This document shows, piece after piece, positions 1-9,899 of a DNA stretch of 20,000 bases (position 1 is the stretch's first letter; every line of letters starts with the position of its first letter). Below the pieces are notes generated by a model. That model did not search any database. It was not told the origin of the DNA and was given only the letters and a program-made list of their open reading frames with translations. Source of the stretch: Vicugna vicugna (lineage: Eukaryota); assembly GCA_013265495.1 (NCBI GenBank), contig MU058000.1, positions 2,968,727 through 2,988,726 on the forward strand. The letters are read 5' to 3'. The translations under genes were made by a program, and so were the position numbers.

Positions 1-211
1 TGTGTGGACTGGAAGTCAAATGTTTCCGAATCCTCATGAAGTATGTCATTATGGGTTTGCGAGTCTCAGGCTGTGCTATTTCTCAGTAAACTTGTTTGGG
101 CCCTGTGGTAATGATAGAATTTGGAACTAAAGTGTATCCCAGAGCCCACAGTTTACCGAGATGTTGTCAAATCTGCATATTTGGAACGGAAATCATCCTC
201 TTGGTTACTTC

Positions 212-336
212 CTTGCCATGACACGATAGAAACAAACATCAGTTAGAAAACCAGTCTTCAGTGATCTACAGCTTCACGTCTTCCATGTTACTTCCCATTT
301 TCTGGAGTCTATTAAATGTATTTTTTTCACACTTAC
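212..336 (-). other. Candidate 125-nt U2-type intron of an unidentified minus-strand transcript
   Basis: On the minus strand the donor is GTG|GTAAGT (336-331) and the branch point is TTCTAAC, with the branch A at 243, about 31 nt before the 3' splice site. A T-rich tract with no intervening AG leads to the acceptor CAAG|G (AG at 213-212). Confidence 0.45.
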
Positions 337-444
337 CACTGGCGACTTTGGAGGGTGACTATGTCTAGCTGCTTTGCTTAAATTAACAGTGTCGGCCAAA
401 TTCTCGGCAAGAAAATCTGTCACATCTTGATAAATCATCTCTTT
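337..444 (-). other. Candidate exon (108 nt), coding status unknown
   Basis: It ends at the GTAAGT donor and begins after a weak acceptor (ctatggtag). It is open in phase 0 as KEMIYQDVTDFLAENLADTVNLSKAARHSHPPKSPV. I recognise no homology. An alternative acceptor 14 nt upstream gives stops in all three frames. Confidence 0.3.
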
Positions 445-1762
445 CTACCATAGAGCAGCTGGACAGCACAGTCACAGCTGCTACTTTCCATTGCAGAACT
501 CAGTGTCGAATAAAACGATTCCTGTGGGCCTTTGGGTATCTTTCAGGAGAACACCTTCCTGATCTTTACCATTAAAGCACCTCCAGGTGGGAACTGAGTG
601 AAATTCACCAAAAATACAGCTGGCTTGAGAGCAACAGGGATATTATTTTTATTAGTAGTTATTTTTTTCTGATTATGCACATATTGCAGTGAAATTGTTT
701 CCAAATTTGGCAAGCCTTACAAAAGTCTGTTTCATCATAAACCTGTCTGTTCTGAAACAAGTGAAAGATATCGTTACTTTCAACATTGAAGGCCCTTTCT
801 TTCTCCTTTCCTTTATTCAGGTCGACTTGATCCAAACTGATAAAGAGAATACCTTAAAGGGAAATCCTGGATTAGGTCCTGGACCTGCTCATTCTCATTC
901 CCATAGTCTCTCCCGGTTCCCCTTCTTTCCCTGAGTTGCTAGATTACTGATGAAATCTCTTACAAATTCAGTTTCCCTTGGAAGCTGATGCCACTGAGTC
1001 AAATCCATTAATAAGATTTTTGTAACTGTGGTGTGATTTTATTTTTTTTGAGGTTTTGCTTTAATGGGTAATAGCAAAATAGGTCACTTTTGAAAAATGA
1101 AAAACTCATCTACATTTAAAGCCATTTCTAAGGTCATGCCAACATGTTTCAGTGGCATTTATTATGGCGTGGCCATTTTGTCACGTGGTGGAGAGGAATT
1201 AGACTGACTGATCACAAGGCTATTCTATTCAGAGGCTAAAGGAGCTTAAAACATTGTGAGAATGTTTTTGGCCAGCTACTTTCTACTTATTTGGGTTATC
1301 ATTATTTTACATGCGTGCATTATATACACATAGTTGTGTTCAAGTGTACAGAAAAGGATGTTGTAGGGGCAGAAACACAGCTTAACCACTGGTTCTAATA
1401 AAATGCCAGCATTCAGTTGCTCAAAAGTCTTCATTTAACGTACCTGAAAAATGGAACCAATTACAGAAGTCCTGAAATAGAATTTCTCGGGTTATGCAAA
1501 AACACCTGTGTCCCTAACGTTGTTCTAAGAAAATAGAACGTTCATATGTAGACTTTGTAGGCATATAGATGCTAATCCAAAGTGATATACCAGGTGCTCT
1601 CTGGATGGGCTGTGGCAAGTCCCTTGACTGGGGAATATTCACAAGATTACAGTGAGATAAAGTAGACACATTCCTCACATGGTCCCTGGTAAAAACTATG
1701 TACTCAAAATGGGTATTTTCCTTGTCTTTCTTGGAATTTAAGTCCCAAATAACAGAACTAAC

Positions 1763-1839
1763 CCTCAGATACATTCTGAAGGCCGTCAAGGACATCAGTT
1801 TCCAGGAGTACGGGAGGACATTTGCAAGCTCTATCCCTC
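1763..1839 (-). other. Candidate exon (77 nt)
   Basis: The minus-strand acceptor is ctgcctgtttttcag|G and the donor is AGG|GTTAGT. GC content is locally higher than the flanks, and two frames are open. Confidence 0.3.
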
Positions 1840-3339
1840 CTGAAAAACAGGCAGACTTGCCATTTTCCCTGAATCATCGTAATAAAAACAAAACTCTTTC
1901 AATATTAGCAATCAGGCAGCAGATCCCTAGGCTTTGAGGGCACTACAGAAATGTAGAAGCTACAGGAAGAATTGCCAAAATATGAACTGGTCCCAGAACT
2001 GCGACATTAACTATGTCCTTCAGTGAAATTTCATCATTTTCACCTAAAGCTACTTTAAAAAAAAAATTGGGCATGGAGAAGAGGAGGGGAAGGGAGGTGG
2101 TGGTTTGTTGCTTTTTAGGTGGAAAGAACAACTGAGTTAAAGAAGATTCTAAATCCAGGACTAGAGGAATGATAGCTTGTATGTGTGCCTATGGAGTTCC
2201 TTGGTGGTCCCCAATCTTGGAAAAAAATTATTTTTGTAAACCAAGATAATCTGGAACAGATTATAAGGAAATCCATCAGAAAAATAAATACAGAGTGTCT
2301 GCTGTGTCATGAGGATGTCCATTAGCGGAGCAGCACTGGAAATACGGTGAGAGAATTGTTTGTTTTTTGTAATTTTACACAGTTGTGTTTCTGTCTAGCT
2401 TGATCAATGCTGGTCTTGTATCCTAAATCTCCCTTTCTCTGCCTTCCTAGTGAGTCACTGACCATATGGCTCCAGCTCCCAGTCTGGCTGCTAAGGAAGA
2501 AGGAAAAAAATAACTAGTCTTGATAAACATGTAGACCATTCGGGGTATGAGGCTGACATAGCTGAGTCTTTCGGCACAGTCTAAAGAGAATTGACACATT
2601 GAATCTCATTTGAGGCCAAGTGGACCCTTTCCTCATCTAAGCACTGAGTTCATCTACAGCGTCTTTCAGAGCTAAATTCAAATTGCTTACCATTTTATTT
2701 ACATTGCATCTGTAGTTCTGCTAGGATTTGTTACATCGGGAGAAGATGCTTGTGTTTCTAAGGAATCCACGCCTTTATGCTTAACTCTGTCCAATAATTT
2801 TCTTGAGCCTTAAACGTTTTTGCAAATATTTTTATAATTCTTTTTCTCATGCTTTTGCAAGGCAAGTGGTATGTACTGCATTATTTATTCTCTCTACCAG
2901 GAATGTTGACTTGCTTTATAAAAACATCATCTTACATCAGTGATTGCATTTTATATCAAAATGTTGGAAAGAGTTTTAAAATGATTCCTCCTTTTTAAAT
3001 AATGAGTAAAATAGAGCATTGGTGCCATGTAAACTACTGTCTTTCTGCATGATTTTCTTCTCAAACCTTTGATGCTGTGTGCAATTTAGTAAATTTAAGA
3101 AGAAAATCTGTAATGTAAGTGTTTTAAGGTTGATTATTTTTATTTGATTACAGTTATTTAAAAAAAGACCAAATGGAAGGGCAATCTTTGTTAAGGAAAA
3201 CTATGAACTGTCAGATGAGAAAAGTTTTTTAAAAATGGTTTTTATTCAATCTTTCATTGAACTTTCCTGAACTTTGAAACAAACAAGGAAGATTAGTCAC
3301 ATGTTAAAGACAAAAAGAGCAATAGATCTCTGAATCAAA

Positions 3340-3806
3340 ATTTTTCTTTATGTGTTTTTTCTACCAGATAATACCTACTATAGTGAAAAATTTTTGAGAG
3401 TAGTTTATTTTTTTCACTTTGCTTATGATAAATTTCCCCAGTGCAAAATTAGTGTTTTTATTATCTTTGTGCAGTGAAATATATCAAATTTTTCAATTGT
3501 ATCTTTGTCACAATAGGGAATTTTCACCCCTAGGTTATAAAAAGAGACACGTTTTCTTCCAGCATTTGTTCTGTTTTTTTTGTGTCTGTTACCTTTAGAT
3601 ATCTGATACAGTTGGAATTTACCCTCTTATATTGTGTGAAATTTGAACTCAATTTTATTATTTTCCAAGTCCATCTTGTTGTTGCAACACGTCATTTATT
3701 AAAAAAAAAAAAAAGCCTTTTACCCGACTAGTTTGAGATGCCATCATTAGAATATATTAAATTGCCATAAATCCTTACATCTGTTTCAGGACTTTCTGTT
3801 CTGTAC
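3340..3806 (-). mobile_element. Ancient L1 (L1M-type) ORF2 3'-region fragment, interrupted by an LTR and resuming at ~4494-4525
   Basis: Degenerate match to antisense L1, e.g. 'catttatt[a]n..gtttgagatgccatc..atatattaaattgccata..ctgtttcaggactttctgttctgtac|cat'. The left boundary is approximate. Confidence 0.75.
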
Positions 3807-4493
3807 TCTGGGGGAGCTAAAATTTTCCTCCACTCTCCTCTGATCGCTGCCAGGGACTGACATAAGGCAGACTAACAAGAGAAATGAGTATGACTTACAT
3901 TTACAATGGTATGAGAGACCTACAGGAAAAATGAAGACCCAAAGAAGAGACCGGGCCTAAGTGATTATGTACTAGGTTGAACAAAGAGTGGCAATTGTGG
4001 AAAAGCAACTAGAATATAGGGGAGCCTGAGAGAAGATAAGGGTGATTTGAACAAAGTCTGTTGGCACAGATGACCTCTTAGAAGCCACAGCTTTCCATCT
4101 CTGATGATAAGAATGTTTCTTTCCTCTTGGTAGAAGGGAAGTACCCTTCACATGGCATGTTATTCCTTTTCTTTTCTTTTTTAGTGTTTTGTTGATTCGT
4201 TTGTTTATTTTTTGGTGGGGATGGTAATTAAGTTTATTTATTTATTTCCTTATTTACTTACTTATTTATTTTTAGCAGAGGTACTGGGGATTGAACCCAG
4301 GACCTCGTCCGTGCTAAGCCTGCGCTCTACCACTGAGCTATCCCCTCCACCCTGGAATGTTATTTCCTGCTTTCAGGAAGAAAAGGGAAGTCAGAGTAGC
4401 CTTTGTGCCTCTGCTATGTTTCAAGTGCCTTTAACTCAAAATCACTAACATGCTAGTGGCATTTTGGGGGATGGCGTTTCCTGAATTCCTTCA
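3807..4493 (-). mobile_element. ERV1-class solo LTR, MER34-like, with 4-bp TSD GTAC
   Basis: The minus strand begins TGAAGGAATTCAGGAAACGCCATCCCCCAAAATGCCACT..GATTTTGAGTTAAAGGCACTTGAAACA..CTCTGACTTCCCTTTTCTTCCTGAAAGCAGG, which resembles the MER34-family 5' end. GTAC flanks both sides (3803-3806 and 4494-4497). Confidence 0.8.
4165..4352 (-). mobile_element. tRNA(Ala)-derived SINE, camelid vic-1 type
   Basis: The minus strand reads GGGTGGAGGGGATAGCTCAGTGGTAGAGCGCAGGCTTAGCACGGACGAGGTCCTGGGTTCAATCCCCAGTACCTC, with A box TAGCTCAGTGG and B box GGTTCAATCC. It continues with a TAAA-rich linker, an AATTACCATCCCC motif and an A-rich tail. The TSD is TGG(C/A)ATGTTATT at 4153-4164 and 4353-4364. Confidence 0.9.
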
Positions 4494-5135
4494 GTACCAT
4501 CAGTCTGTTCACGAACCAGTAAAACTCCTAGTGGGCCAAGCAGTTCTCCTGAGTCCCACTGCTACCCTCGTGGAACTTCAGGTCAATAGAGGCATATGGT
4601 AATTGTCTATTAGCACCTGATGAACACTGGGATTCTGTAGAGAAAGCCTATGTGATACTCTACATCGCTAGAATTACAGAGGTGCTTGTACAAGTCATAA
4701 AGCAGAAATAGGAATAGTTACAGCTCAATAATATTCTAATTGATTTAAATACTAAAAAATAAAATGTTAAACCCATCTGTTTGCTTTCATCCAAATTGTC
4801 TTCCAAAATTTGGTAATTAGGGAAGTAGACATTATCTGTGTACATTTTTTTGTATTCATATGTACCCAATTAATAAATTTATCCTATAATATATAGCTTT
4901 TAAAGATAATTTAACATATTTTTAATCATTATTATTTATATACTTAAAGAACTTTGTATATAACAATGTATTTTGTGGGATGATTTCTAAAATAACCAGA
5001 CCAAATTTTTCATGTATGGATTCTGGAATTCATCTCATTGCTTAATTCTTTATGTGTTAATTCAGTATTACTTTCATTCCCCATTCAGCATTCCTTCCAG
5101 TATTCATTTCATTTGGTAAAATGCATTTGTGCAAG

Positions 5136-5200
5136 TGTACATATATACAGATATATACATATATATGTATACACATACATGTAACATATATATAATACAT
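5136..5200. repeat. (TA/CA)n-rich low-complexity tract
   Basis: Degenerate alternating purine-pyrimidine run containing the 18-bp palindrome TATACATATATATGTATA (5154-5171). Confidence 0.7.
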
Positions 5201-5363
5201 AAAATCTACATTATATATTTTTCAATAGAGTAACGCCATATTGTTAATAGAGAGAATCCATATGTCACCATTCCAACGCATCTCAGTGTTTGTCACTCCT
5301 TGGCTCAATTGTAGGAGGTAAGATTCAGTGAACATCAGGTGTAACTCCTCAGCTCCTCACTTA

Positions 5364-5366
<3 letters not shown>

Positions 5367-5394
<28 letters not shown>
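5367..5394 (+). repeat. (AC)14 microsatellite
   Basis: Perfect AC dinucleotide run read directly. Confidence 0.97.
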
Positions 5395-5396
<2 letters not shown>

Positions 5397-6149
5397 CCCT
5401 TACATGATGCACCAGGTTCTGAATCACTTAGAATAATATTTTGGAAATACCCAATTTACTGGAAGTAGTCCTCTATCTCCAGTCTGTGCCCACTGAGATC
5501 TAACACTGTGAATTTCTTGTCACTCTTTTCTACTGAGACCTTTACCACGGCACCAGGGTTACATCCCGTGAGCCAGCAGGCAGACATTGGCATGCTGAAA
5601 TAATTTCAATGGCCCTGTACTTTAAGATTTCTCCTCTTCATTTGAAAATTTGACTTAGTTTAGCCGGGCATAATCTTCCCACTCATCGTCGTATGCCAGG
5701 TTCCTTCATATGACGAAAATAAGTGAAAATAAGTATTCACGTCTTATTTTCCTCCAAGACTATGACCAACAAGGACATCTATCTTTCTCCAGCAAACACC
5801 CAATCACAAACACAAACCTACAGCTGCTACACTTTCCTTTGAAGCTGGATTCTGTTCCAGAATCCCTTGTATTAATTCAGAACTGTGTCTCTGGGTACAA
5901 CTGCTATCAAGATCTTAAAAGCCTTTCTGCTGTGGTGCATTGCATCACGTGGACTAATTCCTTCACTCTTGCCCTCAGCAGCTCCCAGGTCTTGGTGATT
6001 TACACTCACGGTCATTGCTACTGTTTCAATGGGAGCCATGGTATTCTCTGCTGTCCTTGCGAAGCCTTGACAATCTTGGATTGATTATCACCCAGGCAAA
6101 TGACCTCTACTTGGCCAACATGTGTAACAGAGAGAGAACTGGGTTTAGT

Positions 6150-6368
6150 GAGAGTGATGTAAATTGAGAACCAGTTTCTTCTCCTTCTTAACTTGATAAA
6201 TTGGACACATAAATTTATTTTAAATTTAAATTCATTCTGCCTTAGTTTCCTGGTTTGTTTAATGAGGATAATATCCATATACTATTGTATTTCCATTGAG
6301 GATTAAATGATACCAAGCATATGTGTAATTATATGAAAAAATCAACCATTTGTATTATGTATTATTAT
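6150..6368 (+). mobile_element. MIR SINE fragment
   Basis: Degenerate MIR core 'ctgccttagtttcctggtttgtttaatgaggataat...tgaggattaaatgata...attattat'. Confidence 0.7.
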
Positions 6369-6374
6369 CTTCTA

Positions 6375-6575
6375 GTTGCTTTACATGCATTATCTCTAGT
6401 CCTTACAATAACAGTAAAAGCCATTTGTTTGTCATCATAATTTCTTTGCAAATGAAGCTCTGGAAGTCTAATTGACTTACTCTAGGCCCCTCTGGTATTC
6501 AATGCCAGAACTAGTGTTTAACTTATAATACCTGGTTCCAACACCCATACACCTTGCATCATACCATTCTATCTT
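6375..6575 (-). mobile_element. MIR SINE fragment, inverted relative to the preceding MIR
   Basis: 'gctttacatgcattatctctagtccttacaataac...ttgcaaatgaagc...ttgacttactctaggcc...gccagaactag' matches the antisense MIR consensus. Confidence 0.7.
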
Positions 6576-6579
6576 CACC

Positions 6580-6800
6580 AATCAGTACTTGGCACAAATA
6601 AAGTACTCAGTAAATGTTGTTTTTCCCATCCCCATTAAGATAATATAATTATTAGTCACAGAAAGAACTGAATAAAGTTACTACTACACTAACCAGGGTG
6701 TGGGTTTTTTGAGACAAGCAATCTTGACTTACTCGTAACTACTTCTCCCAGAGTATTCAACACGTATAATGATGTGCAACAAATTTTTGTTGAATTGCTG
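6580..6800 (+). mobile_element. Short L2/MIR 3'-end remnants
   Basis: 'cagtacttggcacaaataaagtactcagtaaatgttg' (~6582-6620) and 'gtgcaacaaatttttgttgaattg' (~6775-6797) resemble the L2 3' terminus. Confidence 0.45.
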
Positions 6801-7204
6801 GAAAATTATGAAATTCAATTTTGATTGGAAAATGAGAGTTATAATATTAGTGTGTTAATTTTTATGTGCATGAATTCAGAAGAAAACTTGAGCAAGGAAA
6901 GATCTTAATAAAGAGTGTGAAGTCATGACAACCTGGAGGCATTTAATCCATGGGCAACATGGATCTATTTATAGAGGATCGTTAGGAATACAACCAAAAC
7001 ATAATTGAATTCAGATTCAACAACACTATTAAGTTAAAAGCCAGAATAAATGTAAAATAAAAAGTTCAGATCAGTCATGCTTAGAGTAACTGCTTTTTAT
7101 TCTCTTTCTTTCAAAGCAATTTAGTAGTTCATTTGATTAGATGTTAGGGCTGTTGTGGAGGGGGGACAGAATGAGTGGGAACTCTTGTTCAGGTTGATTT
7201 TAAT

Positions 7205-7380
7205 AGGAGTCTTATCCATTTGGAAAAAAGATAACCTCACACATGGCTCTACTTCTATGATAAATGGCTGTCACAATCATGGCAGCCAATGAGCCAGAAT
7301 TTCAACTACAGCCAAAGTTCATGTTCACACTGGGTTGCAAACAGAGCCAATGCGTGTTGAAAGCAGTCAATAAATGGCTT
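7205..7380. promoter_or_regulatory. Candidate enhancer with PBX-HOX, MEIS, CCAAT and GATA motifs
   Basis: TGATAAATGG (7258-7267) abuts CTGTCA (7268-7273). CCAAT occurs at 7286 and 7347, GTCAATAAATGG at 7366-7377, and GATA sites at 7211 and 7229. No repeat is recognisable here. Confidence 0.35.
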
Positions 7381-8199
7381 CAGGAACAGGCCAGTCTTCC
7401 TGAAGAAGTCATTTCTCTACCAAATGCTGTCTATTCACAGTGGGCTGAAGGTGATAACTATCCATCTTCTCAATGAGCTGCTATCATACAGGGAAATTTT
7501 CATCCAAATAATGACACATAGATATTATTCCTCAGATTAATGTGATTGTGACCCTTTGCCAAATTACAATGGAAATAAAAATCTCTTGGTGATATGAGAC
7601 ACATTTAAATTCAGACCTTTTAAAAATGACACCAGTTCCCAAAGAAATAATGCCCCTAGTGTGTATTTGTGCAATCTTGAGAGGCAGTAAGATGATGGTG
7701 ACTTTACTTCAAGTCAACATCTTTATCAGTTTTTATGACTTTAACAAATACACAAGATAATTATTTATGTGCATGTTTTGTAAAGGCATTTGCATTGAAT
7801 AGAACAGCAACATCAAGTGTGCCCTTTGTTTAATTAGCCTGAATAAACAGAAGAATTTACCAGTCAGTCTCTCAGATGGAATGAACTGATTAATAGAATT
7901 TTCATTAGCAGAGGCTTTGTAAAAAGATGACACTCAGAAAAGGAAAAAGGCAAGGGAAATATTTTTGATTTATGTAGCCTTTTTTGACCATAAAATGCAA
8001 CTTGTAGTCAGTAAATCCATCCCCATGTGTTTATGGAGACAGTCTATATGATGCTCAAGTCAGTGTGTTAACATGCTGTAAAGAATGCAAATAATTGTGC
8101 TCTGTATTACTCCATATGATGCTGTCACTGACTTTAGGAGAATATAAGATAGTTTGTACATAGTTAAACAGTAGGTGATATTGGAAGAGGGGCAACCGA

Positions 8200-8410
8200 C
8201 ATTGTGAACACTTTCTGCATGCTAGACTATTTAGAAACTATTTCTTTCTTTCTCACAGTAAATCTTGCCCAGGGGACATCATTCTGGATTTTGAAATAAG
8301 AAAACCATGACCTAGCAAATGTAAATTCTTTGGCCAAGGCTGCATAACTGGTCATTGATGGAACCAAACTTCAATTCAAACCTTTCTTAAAGCCCACACT
8401 CTTTGCAGGG
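8200..8410 (-). mobile_element. MIR SINE, degenerate
   Basis: 'tctcacagtaaatctt...ttttgaaataagaaaaccatga...gtaaattctttggccaaggctgcataactggt...aaagcccacactcttt' follows the antisense MIR consensus. Confidence 0.65.
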
Positions 8411-9249
8411 GTGTGAAACTGTGTACCACTGTATTGTATGGCAGTGTGTGGTTGTAAAACACAAAGGATGGAAGTGTTAGAGCATGAGAAAGTAAAAATA
8501 AATATTTCATATTAAAGAGGGAAAAAAAATGAGGAAATGTCTTTTTCATGGCTAAAATGGAGTCCTGGTGAATCATAATGTTCCCCAAAGTATTCACTGC
8601 TCTCTGTTCTTTGCCTCTTTGCTTAGAGGAAATTTTAACTAAAATTTCAGAGGCAGACATGCTTAACATTTTATGTCTATATCTGGGAACATCAGCTACT
8701 GCTTTGTGAAATCTTCAGTTAATACGGTCCCCTAAGTAAGTCTATACATTGAAGGTACAATAATTACAGCAAGATCACACAGCTATTGTGGTAAGGTGAA
8801 AAATCAAAAAGAAAAGCAAACAAAAAACCACTACACTTTTATTTCCAGAGCACAATATTGTCCTGAATAAAATCATCTGCTAATTAAAGATTTAAGTAAA
8901 TTATGAATGTTTATGTAATAATTTTCTACAATATTCTAATCAATTAAGCTGTAAACTCTTAGAATATACAAACTGCAGAAAGGTTAATAGTTGCAAAGAC
9001 TCTGAAAAGCAACTAGGATGTTATTGTAAATATATGCTTCACCTTAGAATAGTACTCACCAGGTTAAATTAATTAGAAAAGAGACAAAAGGAATATTAAT
9101 ACCCATAATTCTTCTATTTTTCTTCATATAATTGCTTTTATCAAGATGCTGTAAAATTTAATAATGTGTTCTAATTCTTGCAGAACTAGAACAGTCCAAT
9201 ATCCTGTCACATTTATGAACCAGAAGGTGCTTGGCCTTCACTTTAATTT

Positions 9250-9485
9250 TTTTCCATTTTTTTCTCTTATAAACAGTGCTGTTAGAAATACATTAATGCA
9301 TAAACTTTTTACCCCATCACATTTGATCATTTCTTAGAGAAGGTTCAGAAAAGTGTTTACTGAAGTAAAGATAATATGAATTTGTAGAGAGCTGGGAACT
9401 TTTTAGCCACATGTTTATTCAGAATAATTATAGATTCTATCAACAACTTAAAAAGGGATCAGTTTTATCATACCATCACTAGGAA
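9250..9485 (-). mobile_element. Ancient L1 (L1ME-like) fragment
   Basis: 'tttccattttt..ttataaacagtgctg..gcataaactttt..atttcttag..' resembles the antisense L1 ORF2 C-terminus/3' UTR junction. Confidence 0.5.
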
Positions 9486-9899
9486 ATAATACATCCTTTG
9501 TGTTACAAGCACTGCTCTTCTGATAAAGAACATCTGGATAATTAGAAGTGATGTTAAAAGGCTTTGGTTTGTTTCAATTCTTCCACTTTAAAACTTTACA
9601 TGTATAGCAAGCTCTCTTTCTAATGGAATGCTTTTCATGCCTTAGTAAATACATCTTGATTTCCATAATTTGTGCCCTTCACCTAAGGCACTAGCATATC
9701 TTACTTGTGCTGTTGTATGTTGCTGTATAGTTGAGTGCCTAGTTCACATAATCCCAGGACCAAACGTGGTCTACGTCCTCACCAAGAGAAACTCCTAGTT
9801 GCACTGGAAGCCAGGTACTCACAACCAATACAAGGAATTCTCTGTAGTTCATGAAACCAGAAGGTGGGTCTGAGGCCTACCACCTGCCTCATCCCTCAA

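Noticed and set aside
103..156. Possible further minus-strand intron (GTAAAC...CCACAG)
   Set aside because: At 54 nt it is below the usual mammalian minimum intron size, and the donor is weak.
2428..2550. Plus-strand acceptor (…ccttcctag at 2450) with an adjacent AP-1 site TGAGTCA
   Set aside because: All three frames hit stops before the weak donor, and a lone motif is not enough support.
4278..4352. tRNA-Ala(AGC)-like gene on the minus strand
   Set aside because: It is followed by a SINE linker and A-tail, flanked by a TSD, and has imperfect stems, so it is a SINE head.
4212..4448. 78-aa ORF (EVLGIEPRTS...)
   Set aside because: Antisense translation of the SINE plus LTR.
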